Source: Eledone cirrhosa (Eukaryota). From it: DNA of 64,000 nucleotides. The stretch lies in contig OZ024759.1 of the NCBI GenBank assembly GCA_964016885.1, forward strand, positions 9,424,001 to 9,488,000, in the 5' to 3' direction. Shown in pieces: positions 13,320 through 28,400 of this stretch. The translations under genes were made by a program, and so were the position numbers. The notes under the pieces were generated by a model. It was given only the letters and a program-made list of their open reading frames with translations. It was not told where the DNA came from and ran no database searches. Numbering within the stretch: position 1 is the first letter of the stretch; each line of letters opens with the position of its first letter.

Positions 13320-13651
13320 ATCATCATCATTTTACGTCCGCTTTTCCCTGCTTGCAAGGGTGGGACGGGAACTGATTCTGGCTTGATTTCTACAGCTGGA
13401 TGCCCTTCCTAACACCAACCTCATTTACAGTGAGTGCTGGGTGCTTTTTTTGCTGTGGCACTTCCACGTCCACTTTGCAGTGGAATGATAGGGACCCCAG
13501 TCCTATCATCTCATTTCTACAGCTGAGTAAACTGGAGCAATGTGAAATAAAGTGTCTTGCTCAAGGAAACAACACATCACCCGGTCTGAGAATTGAACTC
13601 ACAACCTTTCGATTGCAAGGCCAATGCTCTAAACCACTAAGCCATGTGCCT
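13319..13651 (-). mobile_element. SINE family 1, short tail
   Basis: Reverse complement of the 3069 copy; followed by (CT)n at 13654-13792. Confidence 0.9.
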
Positions 13652-13652
13652 A

Positions 13653-13809
<157 letters not shown>

Positions 13810-14111
13810 AAAACACACACACACATATTATTATTGTAATGATGCCATAACCAGTTATGAAATATTTTTAGAATGATGGTGGAAGGGTGGGTGGGGTGTA
13901 TTTGTATATATTTCATGGAATTAAGGACCACAAAATCAATAGACAAACCTGTGTATAGTTAACATTGCCCCTCCCCACCTGATAATGGTTATATTGTCTA
14001 TAGAATGGACATGGTATGATTTGGGTGGAGTTGGCTGGTGGTGCAGGAGAGGATTCTGGGAGAAATATTACTGTTGCCATGGTGAATTTTAAAGCAATGA
14101 TTAATGAAGAA

Positions 14112-14425
14112 ATGGTGGTGTGGGTGGGAGTGGTGGTGGTGGTAGTGGTGTGAGTGGTAGTAGTGTGGTGTGGGTGGTAGTGGTGGTCGTGTGGTGGTGG
14201 TGTGGGTGGTAGTGGTGGTGGTGATGTGGGTGGTGGTGGTGGTGGTAGTAGTGTGGTGTGGGTGGTAGTGGTGGTCGTTGTGGTGGTGGTGTGGGTGGTA
14301 GTGGTGGTGGTGATGTGGGTGGTGGTGGTGTGGGTGGTAGTGGGAGTGGTGGTGGTAGTAGTGATGTGGGTGATGGTGGTGGTGGTGGCAGTGTTGGTGG
14401 TGGTCGTGGTGGTGGTGATGTTGAT
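14112..14425. repeat. Degenerate (GGT)n low-complexity tract
   Basis: Base composition. Confidence 0.9.
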
Positions 14426-14536
14426 GTCCCTCCCCCACCACTGGTCATGTGCCTCCCCCACCACACACCTCAGAACAAGGGGAATGAACTAGATGTAGGA
14501 GTAAAATTTGTGTAGACACAGAACTGATGCCTTCAT

Positions 14537-17500
14537 ATTTAACACCCTACAGTGTCTGTACCTGGGTATTTAACACCCTAGTCTAGCCCTACTGTGTCTG
14601 TACCTGGGTATTTAACACCCTAGTCTAGCCCTACAGTGTCTGTACCTGGGTATTTAACACCCTAGTCTAGCCCTACAGTGTCTGTACCTGGGTATTTAAC
14701 ACCCTAGTCTAGCCCTACAGTGTCTGTACCTGGGTATTTAACACCCTAGTCTAGCCCTACTGTGTCTGTACCTGGGTATTTAACACCCTAGTCTAGCCCT
14801 ACAGTGTCTGTACCTGGGTATTTAACACCCTAGTCTAGCCCTACAGTGTCTGTACCTGGGTATTTAACACCCTAGTCTAGCCCTACATTGTCTGTACCTG
14901 GGTATTTAACACCCTAGTCTAGCCCTACAGTGTCTGTACCTGGGTATTTAACACCCTAGTCTAGCCCTACATTGTCTGTACCTGGGTATTTAACACCCTA
15001 GTCTAGCCCTACAGTGTCTGTACCTGGGTATTTAATACCCTAGTCTAGCCCTACATTGTCTGTACCTGGGTATTTAACACCCTAGTCTAGCCCTACAGTG
15101 TCTGTACCTGGGTATTTAACACCCTAGTCTAGCCCTACAGTGTCTGTACCTGGGTATTTAACACCCTAGTCTAGCCCTACAGTGTCTGTACCTGGGTATT
15201 TAACACCCTAGTCTAGCCCTACAGTGTCTGTACCTGGGTATTTAACACCCTAGTCTAGCCCTACAGTGTCTGTACCTGGGTATTTAACACCCTAGTTTAG
15301 CCCTACAGTGTCTGTACCTGGGTATTTAACACCCTAGTCTAGCCCTACAGTGTCTGTACCTGGGTATTTAACACCCTAGTCTAGCCCTACAGTGTCTGTA
15401 CCTGGGTATTTAATACCCTAGTCTAGCCCTACATTGTCTGTACCTGGGTATTTAACACCCTAGTCTAGCCCTACATTGTCTGTACCTGGGTATTTAACAC
15501 CCTAGTCTAGCCCTACAGTGTCTGTACCTGGGTATTTAACACCCTAGTCTAGCCCTACAGTGTCTGTACCTGGGTATTGAACACCCTAGGCCAGCCCTAC
15601 ATTGTCTGTACCTGGGTATTTAACACCCTAGTCTAGCCCTACAGTGTCTGTACCTGGGTATTTAACACCCTAGTCTAGCCCTACAGTGTCTGTACCTGGG
15701 TATTTAACACCCTAGGCCAGCCCTACATTGTCTGTACCTGGGTATTTAACACCCTAGTCTAGCCCTACAGTGTCTGTACCTGGGTATTTAACACCCTAGT
15801 CTAGCCCTACAGTGTCTGTACCTGGGTATTTAACGCCCTAGTCTAGCCCTACATTGTCTGTACCTGGGTATTTAACACCCTAGTCTAGCCCTACAGTGTC
15901 TGTACCTGGGTATTTAACACCCTAGTCTAGCCCTACTGTGTCTGTACCTGGGTATTTAACACCCTAGTCTAGCCCTACAGTGTCTGTACCTGGGTATTTA
16001 ACACCCTAGTCTAGCCCTACAGTGTCTGTACCTGGGTATTTAATACCCTAGTCTAGCCCTACAGTGTCTGTACCTGGGTATTTAACACCCTAGTCTAGCC
16101 CTACAGTGTCTGTACCTGGGTATTTAATACCCTAGTCTAGCCCTACATTGTCTGTACCTGGGTATTTAACACCCTAGTCTAGCCCTACAGTGTCTGTACC
16201 TGGGTATTGAACACCCTAGTCTAGCCCTACAGTGTCTGTACCTGGGTATTTAATACCCTAGTCTAGCCCTACATTGTCTGTACCTGGGTATTTAACACCC
16301 TAGTCTAGCCCTACTGTGTCTGTACCTGGGTATTTAACACCCTAGTCTAGCCCTACAGTGTCTGTACCTGGGTATTTAACACCCTAGTCTAGCCCTACAG
16401 TGTCTGTACCTGGGTATTTAATACCCTAGTCTAGCCCTACATTGTCTGTACCTGGGTATTTAACACCCTAGTCTAGCCCTACTGTGTCTGTACCTGGGTA
16501 TTTAACACCCTAGTCTAGCCCTACAGTGTCTGTACCTGGGTATTTAACACCCTAGTCTAGCCCTACAGTGTCTGTACCTGGGTATTTAACACCCTAGTCT
16601 AGCCCTACATTGTCTGTACCTGGGTATTTAATACCCTAGTCTAGCCCTACATTGTCTGTACCTGGGTATTTAACACCCTAGGTCAGCCCTACATTGTCTG
16701 TACCTGGGTATTTAATACCCTAGTCTAGCCCTACATTGTCTGTACCTGGGTATTTAACACCCTAGGCCAGCCCTACATTGTCTGTACCTGGGTATTTAAC
16801 ACCCTAGTCTAGCCCTACAGTGTCTGTACCTGGGTATTTAACACCCTAGTCTAGCCCTACAGTGTCTGTACCTGGGTATTTAACACCCTAGTCTAGCCCT
16901 ACATTGTCTGTACCTGGGTATTTAACACCCTAGTCTAGCCCTACATTGTCTGTACCTGGGTATTTAACACCCTAGGCCAGCCCTACAGTGTCTGTACCTG
17001 GGTATTTAACACCCTAGTCTAGCCCTACTGTGTCTGTACCTGGGTATTTAACACCCTAGTCTAGCCCTACCATGTCTGTACCTGGGTATTTAACACCCTA
17101 GTCTAGCCCTACCATGTCTGTACCTGGGTATTTAACACCCTAGGCCAGCCCTACAGTGTCTGTCCCTGGGTATTTAACACCCTAGTCTAGCCCTACAGTG
17201 TCTGTACCTGGGTATTTAACACCCTAGTCTAGCCCTACCATGTCTGTACCTGGGTATTTAACACCCTAGGCCAGCCCTACAGTGTCTGTCCCTGGGTATT
17301 TAACACCCTAGTCTAGCCCTACATTGTCTGTACCTGGGTATTTAACACCCTAGTCTAGCCCTACAGTGTCTGTACCTGGGTATTTAACACCCTAGGGCAG
17401 CCATACAGTGACTGTACTTGGGTATTTAACACCCTAGGCCATCCCTACAGTGTCTGTACCTGGGTATTTAATACACTAGTCTAGCCCTACATTGTCTGTA

Positions 17501-20097
17501 CCTGGGTATTTAACACCCTAGTCTAGCCCTACAGTGTCTGTACCTGGGTATTTAACACCCTAGTTTAGCCCTACAGTGTCTGTACCTGGGTATTTAACAC
17601 CCTAGTCTAGCCCTACAGTGTCTGTACCTGGGTATTTAACACCCTAGTCTAGCCCTACAGTGTCTGTACCTGGGTATTTAACACCCTAGGGCAGCCATAC
17701 AGTGACTGTACTTGGGTATTTAACACCCTAGGCCAGCCCTACATTGTCTGTACCTGGGTATTTAACACCCTAGGCCAGCCCTACATTGTCTGTACCTGGG
17801 TATTTAACACCCTAGTCTAGCCCTACAGTGTCTGTACCTGGGTATTTAATACCCTAGTCTAGCCCTACATTGTCTGTACCTGGGTATTTAACACCCTAGT
17901 CTAGCCCTACTGTGTCTGTACCTGGGTATTTAACACCCTAGTCTAGCCCTACAGTGTCTGTACCTGGGTATTTAACACCCTAGTCTAGCCCTACAGTGTC
18001 TGTACCTGGGTATTTAACACCCTAGTCTAGCCCTACATTGTCTGTACCTGGGTATTTAATACCCTAGTCTAGCCCTACATTGTCTGTACCTGGGTATTTA
18101 ACACCCTAGGCCATCCATACAGTGTCTGTCCCTGGGTATTTAACACCCTAGTCTAGCCCTACAGTGTCTGTACCTGGGTATTTAACACCCTAGGGCAGCC
18201 CTACAGTGTCTGTACCTGGGTATTTAACACCCTAGTCTAGCCCTACAGTGTCTGTACCTGGGTATTTAATACACTAGTCTAGCCCTACATTGTCTGTACC
18301 TGGGTATTTAACACCCTAGTCTAGCCCTACTGTGTCTGTACCTGGGTATTTAACACCCTAGGCCATCCCTACAGTGTCTGTACCTGGGTATTTAACACCC
18401 TAGTCTAGCCCTACATTGTCTGTACCTGGGTATTTAATACCCTAGTCTAGCCCTACATTGTCTGTACCTGGGTATTTAACACCCTAGGCCATCCATACAG
18501 TGTCTGTCCCTGGGTATTTAACACCCTAGTCTAGCCCTACAGTGTCTGTACCTGGGTATTTAACACCCTAGGCCAGCCCTACATTGTCTGTACCTGGGTA
18601 TTTAATACACTAGTCTAGCCCTACATTGTCTGTACCTGGGTATTTAACACCCTAGTCTAGCCCTACTGTGTCTGTACCTGGGTATTTAACACCCTAGGCC
18701 AGCCCTACATTGTCTGTACCTGGGTATTTAATACACTAGTCTAGCCCTACATTGTCTGTACCTGGGTATTTAACACCCTAGTCTAGCCCTACTGTGTCTG
18801 TACCTGGGTATTTAACACCCTAGGCCAGCCCTACATTGTCTGTACCTGGGTATTTAACACCCTAGTTTAGCCCTACAGTGTCTGTACCTGGGTATTTAAC
18901 ACCCTAGTCTAGCCCTACAGTGTCTGTACCTGGGTATTTAACACCCTAGGCCAGCCCTACATTGTCTGTACCTGGGTATTTAACACCCTAGGGCAGCCAT
19001 ACAGTGTCTGTACTTGGGTATTTAACACCCTAGGGCAGCCATACAGTGTCTGTACCTGGGTATTTAATACACTAGTCTAGCCCTACAGTGTCTGTACCTG
19101 GGTATTTAACACCCTAGTTTAGCCCTACAGTGTCTGTACCTGGGTATTTAACACCCTAGTCTAGCCCTACAGTGTCTGTACCTGGGTATTTAACACCCTA
19201 GGCCAGCCCTACATTGTCTGTACCTGGGTATTTAACACCCTAGGGCAGCCATACAGTGTCTGTACTTGGGTATTTAACACCCTAGGGCAGCCATACAGTG
19301 TCTGTACCTGGGTATTTAACACCCTAGTCTAGCCCTACAGTGTCTGTACCTGGGTATTTAACACCCTAGTCTAGCCCTAGAGTGTCTGTACCTGGTATTT
19401 AACACCCTAGTCTAGCCCTACAGTGTCTGTACCTGGGTATTTAACACCCTAGTCTAGCCCTACTGTGTCTGTACCTGGGTATTTAACACCCTAGTCTAGC
19501 CCTACATTGTCTGTACCTGGGTATTTAACACCCTAGTCTAGCCCTACAGTGTCTGTACCTGGGTATTTAACACCCTAGTCTAGCCCTACAGTGTCTGTAC
19601 CTGGGTATTTAACACCCTAGGCTAGCCCTACTGTGTCTGTACCTGGGTATTTAACACCCTAGGCCAGCCCTACATTGTTTGTACCTGGGTATTTAACACC
19701 CTAGTCTAGCCCTACATTGTCTGTACCTGGGTATTTAACACCCTAGGCCAGCCCTACAATGTCTGTACCTGGGTATTTAACACCCTAGGCCAGCCCTACA
19801 GTGTCTGTACCTGGGTATTTAATACCCTAGTCTAGCCCTACTGTGTCTGTACCTGGGTATTTAACACCCTAGTCTAGCCCTACAGTGTCTGTACCTGGGT
19901 ATTTAACACCCTAGTCTAGCCCTACAGTGTCTGTACCTGGGTATTGAACACCCTAGGCCAGCCCTACAGTGTCTGTACCTGGGTATTTAACTCCCTAGGA
20001 CAGCCCTACTGTGTTTGTACCTGGGTATTGAACACCCTAGGCCAGCCCTACAGTGTCTGTACCTGGGTATTTAACACTCTAGGCCAGCCCTACAGTA
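14537..20097. repeat. 42-bp minisatellite, about 130 copies (TGTCTGTACCTGGGTATTTAACACCCTAGTCTAGCCCTACAG)
   Basis: Direct periodicity; recurring variant units (ACAG/ACAT/ACTG, GTCT/GGCC). Confidence 0.98.
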
Positions 20098-20497
20098 TCT
20101 GCCCTTTTCTCCAAGTTAAACTATACTACACAGTCCACAGATAGACTGCACCTGTAATTGAAAAGATCAGCCATTGTGTTAACACGTTGTGTTAGATGTT
20201 ATACTGAATCTCCCTGAGAACTACGTTAAGGCTGTACCTGTCTATAGAATGCTCAGCCACTTACATGTTTTCACAAATAAGTTGTTCGTTCAATGTAACA
20301 ACTAGAACAGTCATCTAATACACAATGATTAAATCTTTGTTTCTTGAACAATTGCACTAATTATTTATGGCTAAGTCCACCTTGTTTCCCATCAAACCAA
20401 TTATTTATGACATGTCTCTCATTGCTCCAATTACTTCAGGTTCCGCTCCACTTCCAGGCCTTCTCTCAAAACAAACATTTATCACTGAATTCTGGTG

Positions 20498-20568
20498 CAC
20501 ACACACACGCACACACACATAGACACAGACACACACAGACACACACACAGACACACAAACAAACATAG

Positions 20569-20599
<31 letters not shown>

Positions 20600-21422
20600 G
20601 ACACACACAGACACACAAACAAATATAGACACACACAGACACACACACACACAGACAAACATAGACACACACGCACACAGACAAACATAGACACACACAG
20701 ACACACACGCACACAGACAAACATAGACACACACGCACACAGACAAACATAGACACACACAGACACACACAGAGAGACACACACAGACACACACAGACAC
20801 ACACACACAGACAAACATAGACACACACGCACACAGACAAACATAGACACACACAGACACACACACAGACACACACACACACACAGACAAACATAGACAC
20901 ACACAGACACACACACACACACAGACAAACATAGACACACACAGACACACACACATACAAACAAACATAGACACACACAGACACACACACACACACACAC
21001 AGACAAACATAGACACACACAGACAGACACACACACACACACAGACACACACACACACAGACAAACATAGACACACACACACACACACACAGACAAATAT
21101 AGACACACATAGACACAGACAAACATAGACACAGACACACACAGACAAACATAGACACAGACAGACAGACACACAGAGAGACACACACACAAACACACAC
21201 AGACAAACACAGACACAAACAGACACACACACACACACACACACAGACACACACAGACACACACACACAGACAAACATAGACACACACAGACAGACACGC
21301 ACGCACACACAGACACACATAGACACACACAGACACACACACACAGACACACATAGACACACACAGACTCACACACACAGACACATACAGACAAACACAC
21401 ACACACACAGACAAACACAGAC

Positions 21423-21453
<31 letters not shown>

Positions 21454-21556
21454 CACATACACACAGACACACACACACAGAGACAGACACACACGCACAC
21501 ACACACGCACACACACACGCACACACAGACACACACACACACGCACACCCATACAA
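20498..21556. repeat. Compound (CA)n/ACAG microsatellite
   Basis: Base composition. Confidence 0.95.
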
Positions 21557-21892
21557 ACATTAATTTATATCAATTAAACTACAACAAATACACACAGAAT
21601 GTTATGTGACGTCAGGAAAGAGTGTGGTGCCTCTCATGGCACGACAGTCATGAATGGAAATAATGTAAGAAGAAGAAAGTAAGATATCTTGTTAAGAGTT
21701 GTGAGCCATTGCAATAAATGGGGGGAGAAGAAATAACATTTTTGTCATATTAGTATTGATAAACTTAAGAAAATTAAGAGAGGACAAGTGTTGAGTGCAT
21801 TATTTCATTGGGCGGTGGATTATATAATAATAATGAAATTATTGTGTACAGTGCTCAGGTGCAGTACAACTTGTCAAAGGTGCATGTATAGT

Positions 21893-22160
21893 CATCATCA
21901 TCATCACCGTTTTACGTCCGTTCTTCAACGCTAGCATGGGTTAGACGGGTTGTCCTGTTGTGGGCAGTGTCTGGTCGGCTGACCATGCCTTGCTCATACA
22001 GGAACTGATCTGGCTTGATTTCTACAGCTGGATGCCCTTCCTAACACCAACCTCATTTACAGTGAGTGCTGGGTGCTTTTTCGTGGCGCCTACACGTCCA
22101 CTTTACAGTGTGGGCTGGGTGCTTTTTTGCCGTGGCACCTCCACGACCACCTTGCGGTGG
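21893..22160 (-). mobile_element. 5'-truncated SINE family 1, long tail
   Basis: Matches the 3' half of the 9406 copy. Confidence 0.8.
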
Positions 22161-22299
22161 GGGGAGTGGGGGCATATTGTTTATATACTTCAGCATGTAC
22201 CCATGGGAGGTCGGGTACCCTGTATTACTGCGTGACGCCAGAAGTCACGGTCGTGTGTCATAGAATAATATACAAATGTCAGGGAAGTGAATAGTGTAT

Positions 22300-23150
22300 G
22301 AGTCATGATATACATGTGTGTATGTGTGTGGAGGGGGAACATTAGGTGTAGTGTTGGCGAATCTCGGGAAGCATGGAGGTTTTAAAGGATGCAGTGTCTC
22401 GACAGCTAACAACTGATGCAGGTAGTTTGTTCCATGGAGGTTTTAAAGGATGCAGTGTCTCAACAGCTAACAACTGATGCAGGTAGTTTGTTCCATGGAG
22501 GTTTTAAAGGATGCAGTGTCTCGACAGCTATCAACTGATGCAGGTAGTTTGTTCCATGGAGGTTTTAAAGGATGCAGTGTCTCAACAGCTAACAACTGAT
22601 GCAGGTAGTTTGTTCCATGGAGGTTTTAAAGGATGCAGTGTCTCGACAGCTATCAACTGATGCAGGTAGTTTGTTCCATGGAGGTTTTAAAGGATGCAGT
22701 GTCTCGACAGCTATCAACTGATGCAGGTAGTTTGTTCCATGGAGGTTTTAAAGGATGCAGTGTCTCGACAGCTAACAACTGATGCAGGTAGTTTGTTCCA
22801 TGGAGGTTTTAAAGGATGCAGTGTCTCGACAGCTATCAACTGATGCAGGTAGTTTGTTCCATGGAGGTTTTAAAGGATGCAGTGTCTCGACAGCTAACAA
22901 CTGATGCAGGTAGTTTGTTCCATGGAGGTTTTAAAGGATGCAGTGTCTCGACAGCTAACAACTGATGCAGGTAGTTTGTTCAATGCTTCAGCAACTCTGA
23001 GTGTAAAAAAATGTTTCCGAAAGTCATGGGAGCTGTGCTGTTTTCTGACTTTGTGGACATGTCCACGTGTGTTTGACATATGGAAATCAAAAAGGTACTC
23101 AGTGTTGTTGTTGGCAAGATGGTTAACAATTTTGCGGGTGTTTACCAAGT
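22300..23150 (-). mobile_element. CR1/L2-like LINE 3' end
   Basis: NTRGHVHKVRKQHSSHDFRKHFFTLRVAEALNKLPASVVS...ASFK matches the TRGH..K...R..FF..RV...WN.LP..VV...FK terminus of CR1-group ORF2. Confidence 0.8.
22372..22981. repeat. 61-bp tandem array, 10 copies, made from the LINE ORF end
   Basis: Unit CATGGAGGTTTTAAAGGATGCAGTGTCTCGACAGCTAACAACTGATGCAGGTAGTTTGTTC. Confidence 0.95.
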
Positions 23151-23152
23151 CA

Positions 23153-23332
23153 ATTGGCAGTATCGGTAGAGAGTCGGACACCATGCTTTGCAGCATAGAG
23201 TTACGTTCCTTTATGATCTGAGTTCAAATCCCGCCGAGGTTAACTTTGCCTTTCATCCTTACGGGGTCAATAAAATAAAGTAGTAATGTACTGGGTAATT
23301 GCTGGCCTTGTGCCAAAAGTAGAAACAATTAT
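23153..23332 (+). mobile_element. SINE family 2
   Basis: ATTGGCAGTATCGGTAGAG head through AGTAGAAACAATTATT tail. Confidence 0.85.
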
Positions 23333-23462
23333 TTCATTGCATAAGAACACAGTACACCACTTTGTCCAGGATTCGAACTCACAACCTTATGATTGTGAGC
23401 TTAACCCTTTAACCACTAAACCATGCATCTTCACACACACACACATACATTATATTTCATAA

Positions 23463-24200
23463 TCATCATTTTACATCCACTTTTCCCTGCTTGCAAGGGT
23501 GAGATGGGTCCTATTCAGCACAGCATCTCTCCACTTGTCACGATCCTTCGTCATCTCCTCCGTGAGCTTCAGCGATCTCTAGGTCTGCTCTCAGCATCTC
23601 CGCCCATGTTTTACGTGGTCTTCCTGTACTGTGTCTTCTTTCCATTGGAATTTCTTGGCACTTCTTTAACCAGCAGTCATCCTCCATACCTATGCAGTCT
23701 TCTCTCCTGCACACCACAACTTATCCCTCTTATACCCAGTTTCTTTCTCAACTCGTCTATGCTTGGTTGTTCAACCACAGTGACATTGCACCTCCAACGG
23801 AGCATACTTGCCGTCGCATATCCTCTGCAGTTGCTGCCCATGTCTCTCTACCATGCAACATCGCACATCTCAGACAGGCATCATATAACCATCCTTTCGT
23901 ATGCAGGGAGAAACCCTTCTTTGTCAACAGAGAAAGCAGCTCCCTAAACTTCTTTCAACCCGTCCTTATTCTAGATACTATGGCCTCGGAACCCCCCCCC
24001 CCCTCTCATGCTGATCTGATCACCTAGGTACCAGAAGCTATCAACTACTTCCATAGCACCCGACTGCATTTGAAAAATATGTCTATCACTGCGACTTCTA
24101 CTGTCAAACTTCCTGTACAACTACTGCATATGTATTTCTCCCTACCTGTTAGTTTGTCTGCTGTCCTACTACGTCTCTTGTGTACCCAAGATCTGTATTG
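23463..24200 (-). mobile_element. RTE LINE 3' fragment, subfamily B
   Basis: B-type tail (TTTTCCCTGCTTGCAAGGGT on +) and degenerate RT C-terminal coding sequence. Confidence 0.85.
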
Positions 24201-24204
24201 TGTA

Positions 24205-24223
24205 CACCACCACCACCACTACC

Positions 24224-24254
<31 letters not shown>

Positions 24255-26342
24255 CCACCACCAACAGCAACACCACCACCACCACCAACAACAACAACAC
24301 CACTACCACCAACAACAACAACACCACCACCACCACCACCAACACCACCACCAACAACAACAACCACCACCACCACCAACACTACCACCAACACAACCAC
24401 CACTACCACCGACACCACCACCACTACCACCACCAACACCACTACCAACAACACCACCACCACCACCAACAACAACACCACCACCACCAACACCACCACC
24501 AACACCAACACCACCACCACCACCAACAACAACACCACCACCAACACTACCATCAACACAACCACCACTACCACCGACACCACCACCACTACCACCACCA
24601 ACACCACTACCAACAACACCACCACCACCAACACCACCAACAACCACTACCACCACCACCAACAACCACCACCACCACAACCAACACCAACAACCACCAC
24701 CACCAACAACAACCACCACCACTACCACCAACACCACCACCACCACCACCAACACCACCACCACCACCACCACTACCACCACAACCAACAACACCACCAC
24801 TACCACCAACACCACCACCAACAACACCACCACCACCACCAACACCACCACCACCACCACCACTACCACCACAACCAACAACACCACCACCACCACCACC
24901 AACACCATCACCACCACCACCACCACCACCACAACCACCACCAACAACCACCACCACCACAACCAACACCAACAACCACCACCACCACCACCACCACCAA
25001 CACCACCAGCAACAACAACCACCACCACCACCAACAACAACCACCACCACCACCAACAACAACAACACCACCACCACCACCAACAACAACACCACCACCA
25101 ACACCAACACCACCACCACCACCAACACCAACACCACCACCACCACCAACAACAACACCACCACCAACACTACCACCAACACAACCACCACTACCACCGA
25201 CACCACCACCACTACCACCACCAACACCACTACCAACAACACCACCACCACCAACACCACCAACACCACCACCAACACCAACACCACCAACAACCACTAC
25301 CACCACCACCAACACCACCACCACCACCACCACCACCACCAACACCATCACCACCACCACCACCACCACCACAACCACCACCAACAACCACCACCACCAC
25401 AACCAACACCAACAACCACCACCACCAACAACAACCACCACAACCACCACCAACACCACCACCACCAACACCACCACCACCACTACCACCACAACCAACA
25501 ACACCACCACCACCACTACCACCACCACCAACAACACCACCACCACCACCAACACCACCACCAACAACACCACCACCACCAACACCACAACCAACAACAC
25601 CACCACCACAACCACCAACACCACCACCACCACCACCACCACTACCACCACAACCAACAACACCACCACAACCACCAACACCACAACCAACAACACCACC
25701 ACCACCAACACCACCACCACCACCACAACCAACAACACCACCACCACCAACACCACCACCACAACCACCACCACCACCACCACCACCACCACCACCACCA
25801 CAACCAACAACACCACCACCACCACCACCACCACCACCACCACAACCAACAACACCACCACCACCAACACCACCACCACAACCAACAACACCACCACCAC
25901 CAACACCACCACCACCACCACCACCACCACCACAACCACCACCACCACCAACACCACCACCACAACCAACAACACCACCACCACCAACACCACCACCACA
26001 ACCAACAACACCACCACCACCAACAACACCAACAACAACACCAACAACACCACCACCACCAACACCACCACCACTACCAACAACACCACCACCACCACCA
26101 CCAACACCTCCACCAACACCACCAACACCACCACCACTACCAACAACACCACCACCACCACCACCAACACCTCCACCAACACCACCAACACCACCACCAC
26201 CACCAACACCACCACCAACAACACCAACAACAACACCACCAACACCACCACCACCACCAACACCACCACCAACAACACCAACAACAACACCAACAACACC
26301 ACCACCACCAACAACAACCACCACAACCACCACCAACAACAA
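24205..26342. repeat. ~2.1-kb (CAC/CAA)n trinucleotide tract
   Basis: Almost purely C and A; source of the spurious poly-P/T/H ORFs. Confidence 0.97.
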
Positions 26343-26457
26343 CTCTGTCAGACTCTCAGATCATATTTAACCTAATTTTACATTTCTTTTGGAAGTGATT
26401 GATTTTTCTTTTCTTCTTTTTTCCTTTTTATTTTGGTTTCTGAAAAGAATGTATATA

Positions 26458-28175
26458 TCATCATCATTGTTTAACGTCCATCTTCCACGCTAGCATGGGT
26501 TAGACAGTTTTGTTCCATTTGATGCAGGATTGGTCGGGAGACCGTGTCTCGCTCACACGGAAGTGTCTCTGGCAGGTTTTCTATGGCTGGGTGCCCTTCC
26601 TAACACCAACCACCTTTACAGTGTGGACTGCTGCCTTTTTACCGTGTCTCCTACACAGCCACCTTACAATGTGAACTGTTGTGTCATCGACACAGTGGAC
26701 AGAACGGGAGAGGGAAGGTGGGGTGGGGTGTACATTGGGTTAAAAGGTGCCTACTGACTGTAGGTTTGTATGCAATGGTAGTCAGGTCTTCTGTACAACT
26801 GCATGGCACCAAAGATCTGGATCCAGTGTCATTGTCTTAGAGAGGTGTAGGTGAGCAAGGTCAGTTTTTATCACCTCGTCCCAGGTTTTTCTGGGTCTAC
26901 CCACCCCGCAGCTTCCATCAATTTTCATTGTCTTGCACTTTTTTATACAGCTGTCGTCCTTCATACGCATCACATGTCCATACCAATACAGTCTCCTCTC
27001 CAGAACACAACATTTGATACCTCTTATGTTTAGTGTCCCTCTTAGTTCGTTTATGCTTAACTGTTCGCATTCATTACTATTACACATCCGTTGGAGCATA
27101 CAATCTTCATTTCTTTCTAATCTATGCAGGTCTTCATCACACAATGCCCAAGTCTCACTACCATGTAACATTGCCATTCTTATACATGCATCATACAATC
27201 TGCCTTTCATTTTTAGAGAAAAACCCCTTGTGGCCAACAGCGATATTAGCTCTCTCAACTTTTTCCATCCCGTTCTAACTCTGGCTACTACACTTTCAGA
27301 GCATCCTCTTCCACTACTGATTGTGTCACCCAGGTAACGGAAAGTGTCTGCTATTTCTATAGAACCATCTGGGCAGTTGAAGGAGATATCCAGTGGGTCC
27401 TTGCTACTTACTGCACCTGAGCATCGGCCACATTTACAAATCTACATTCTTAGATAGCTTACCTCTGATCCACTACATCTTTTATGTACCAATAGTTTGC
27501 ATTTGGGACATAGAATGGAATTTCTGCCTACTCCTTTCTTACACAATGGCCATTTCCCAGAGGGTACCTGTGCCCTATTCTCCTTTCTACATACTAGAAC
27601 CTTAGTCTTAGACAAGTTGACTCTAAGGCCTTTTGATTCAAGGCCATGCTTCCATGTTTGGAACTTCCTTTCTGTTATAGCCTGTAGGACAATAATTGTT
27701 TCTACTTTAGGCACAAGGCCAGCAATTACCCAGTACATTACTGGTACTTTATTTTATCGACCCCGTAAGGATGAAAGGTGAAGTCAACCTCGGCGGGATT
27801 TGAACTCAGATCGTAAAGGGACGTAACTATGCTGAAAAGCATGGCGTAGGACAATAATAAACAGGAGGATGCTCAGAACGGAGCCCTGGTAAACCCCTAC
27901 CATTACACTATATTCTTTGTTAATTCTAACCTTGCTGACTGTTCCTCTATACATGGCTTGTATAGCTCTCACAAGACATTCTTCCACTCCTAGTTTTCTA
28001 AATGCCCACCAGATTAAGATGTGGGGGACTCTGTCAAAGGCCTTCTCCAGGTCAACAAAAGCTAAGTAAAGGGGTTTACTGTTAGCCAGGTACTTCTCCT
28101 GCAAATGCAGTACAAGGAAAAGAGCATCCGTGGTACTTTTACCTGGCACAAACCCAAATCACATTTCATCTATAA
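26458..28175 (-). mobile_element. RTE LINE 3' half, subfamily A, with a nested SINE
   Basis: FVDLEKAFD, QGSVLS and GVGRPRKTW motifs, A-type tail; internal deletions relative to the 5339 copy. Confidence 0.92.
27697..27845 (-). mobile_element. SINE family 2 nested in the RTE
   Basis: Direct repeat GTAGGACAATAAT at 27684-27696 and 27846-27858 (TSD). Confidence 0.85.
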
Positions 28176-28400
28176 ATTCTAGATACCACAAACCCCCTTA
28201 ATATATATCTTTTACATACAAGCCACACCACAGAAAACATAACACCCTCTGCCCCCTGTATTTTCATCCTCCCCTTCTTTCTGAGCGCATGTTTGTAAAA
28301 GATATATATTAAGGGGGTTTATGGAGATGCCGTAGCCTGAGCGCATGTTTGTACATCATGAACCACGGCATGCCCAGCCCTCCACATAGCAGGTAATAAT

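Noticed and set aside
20405-21560. Cys/Val-rich ORFs
   Set aside because: Translation of a (TG)n microsatellite
24070-26398. 700+ aa Pro/Thr/His-rich ORFs (mucin- or extensin-like)
   Set aside because: Open in all frames because the (CAC/CAA)n tract cannot encode stops; no splice or domain support
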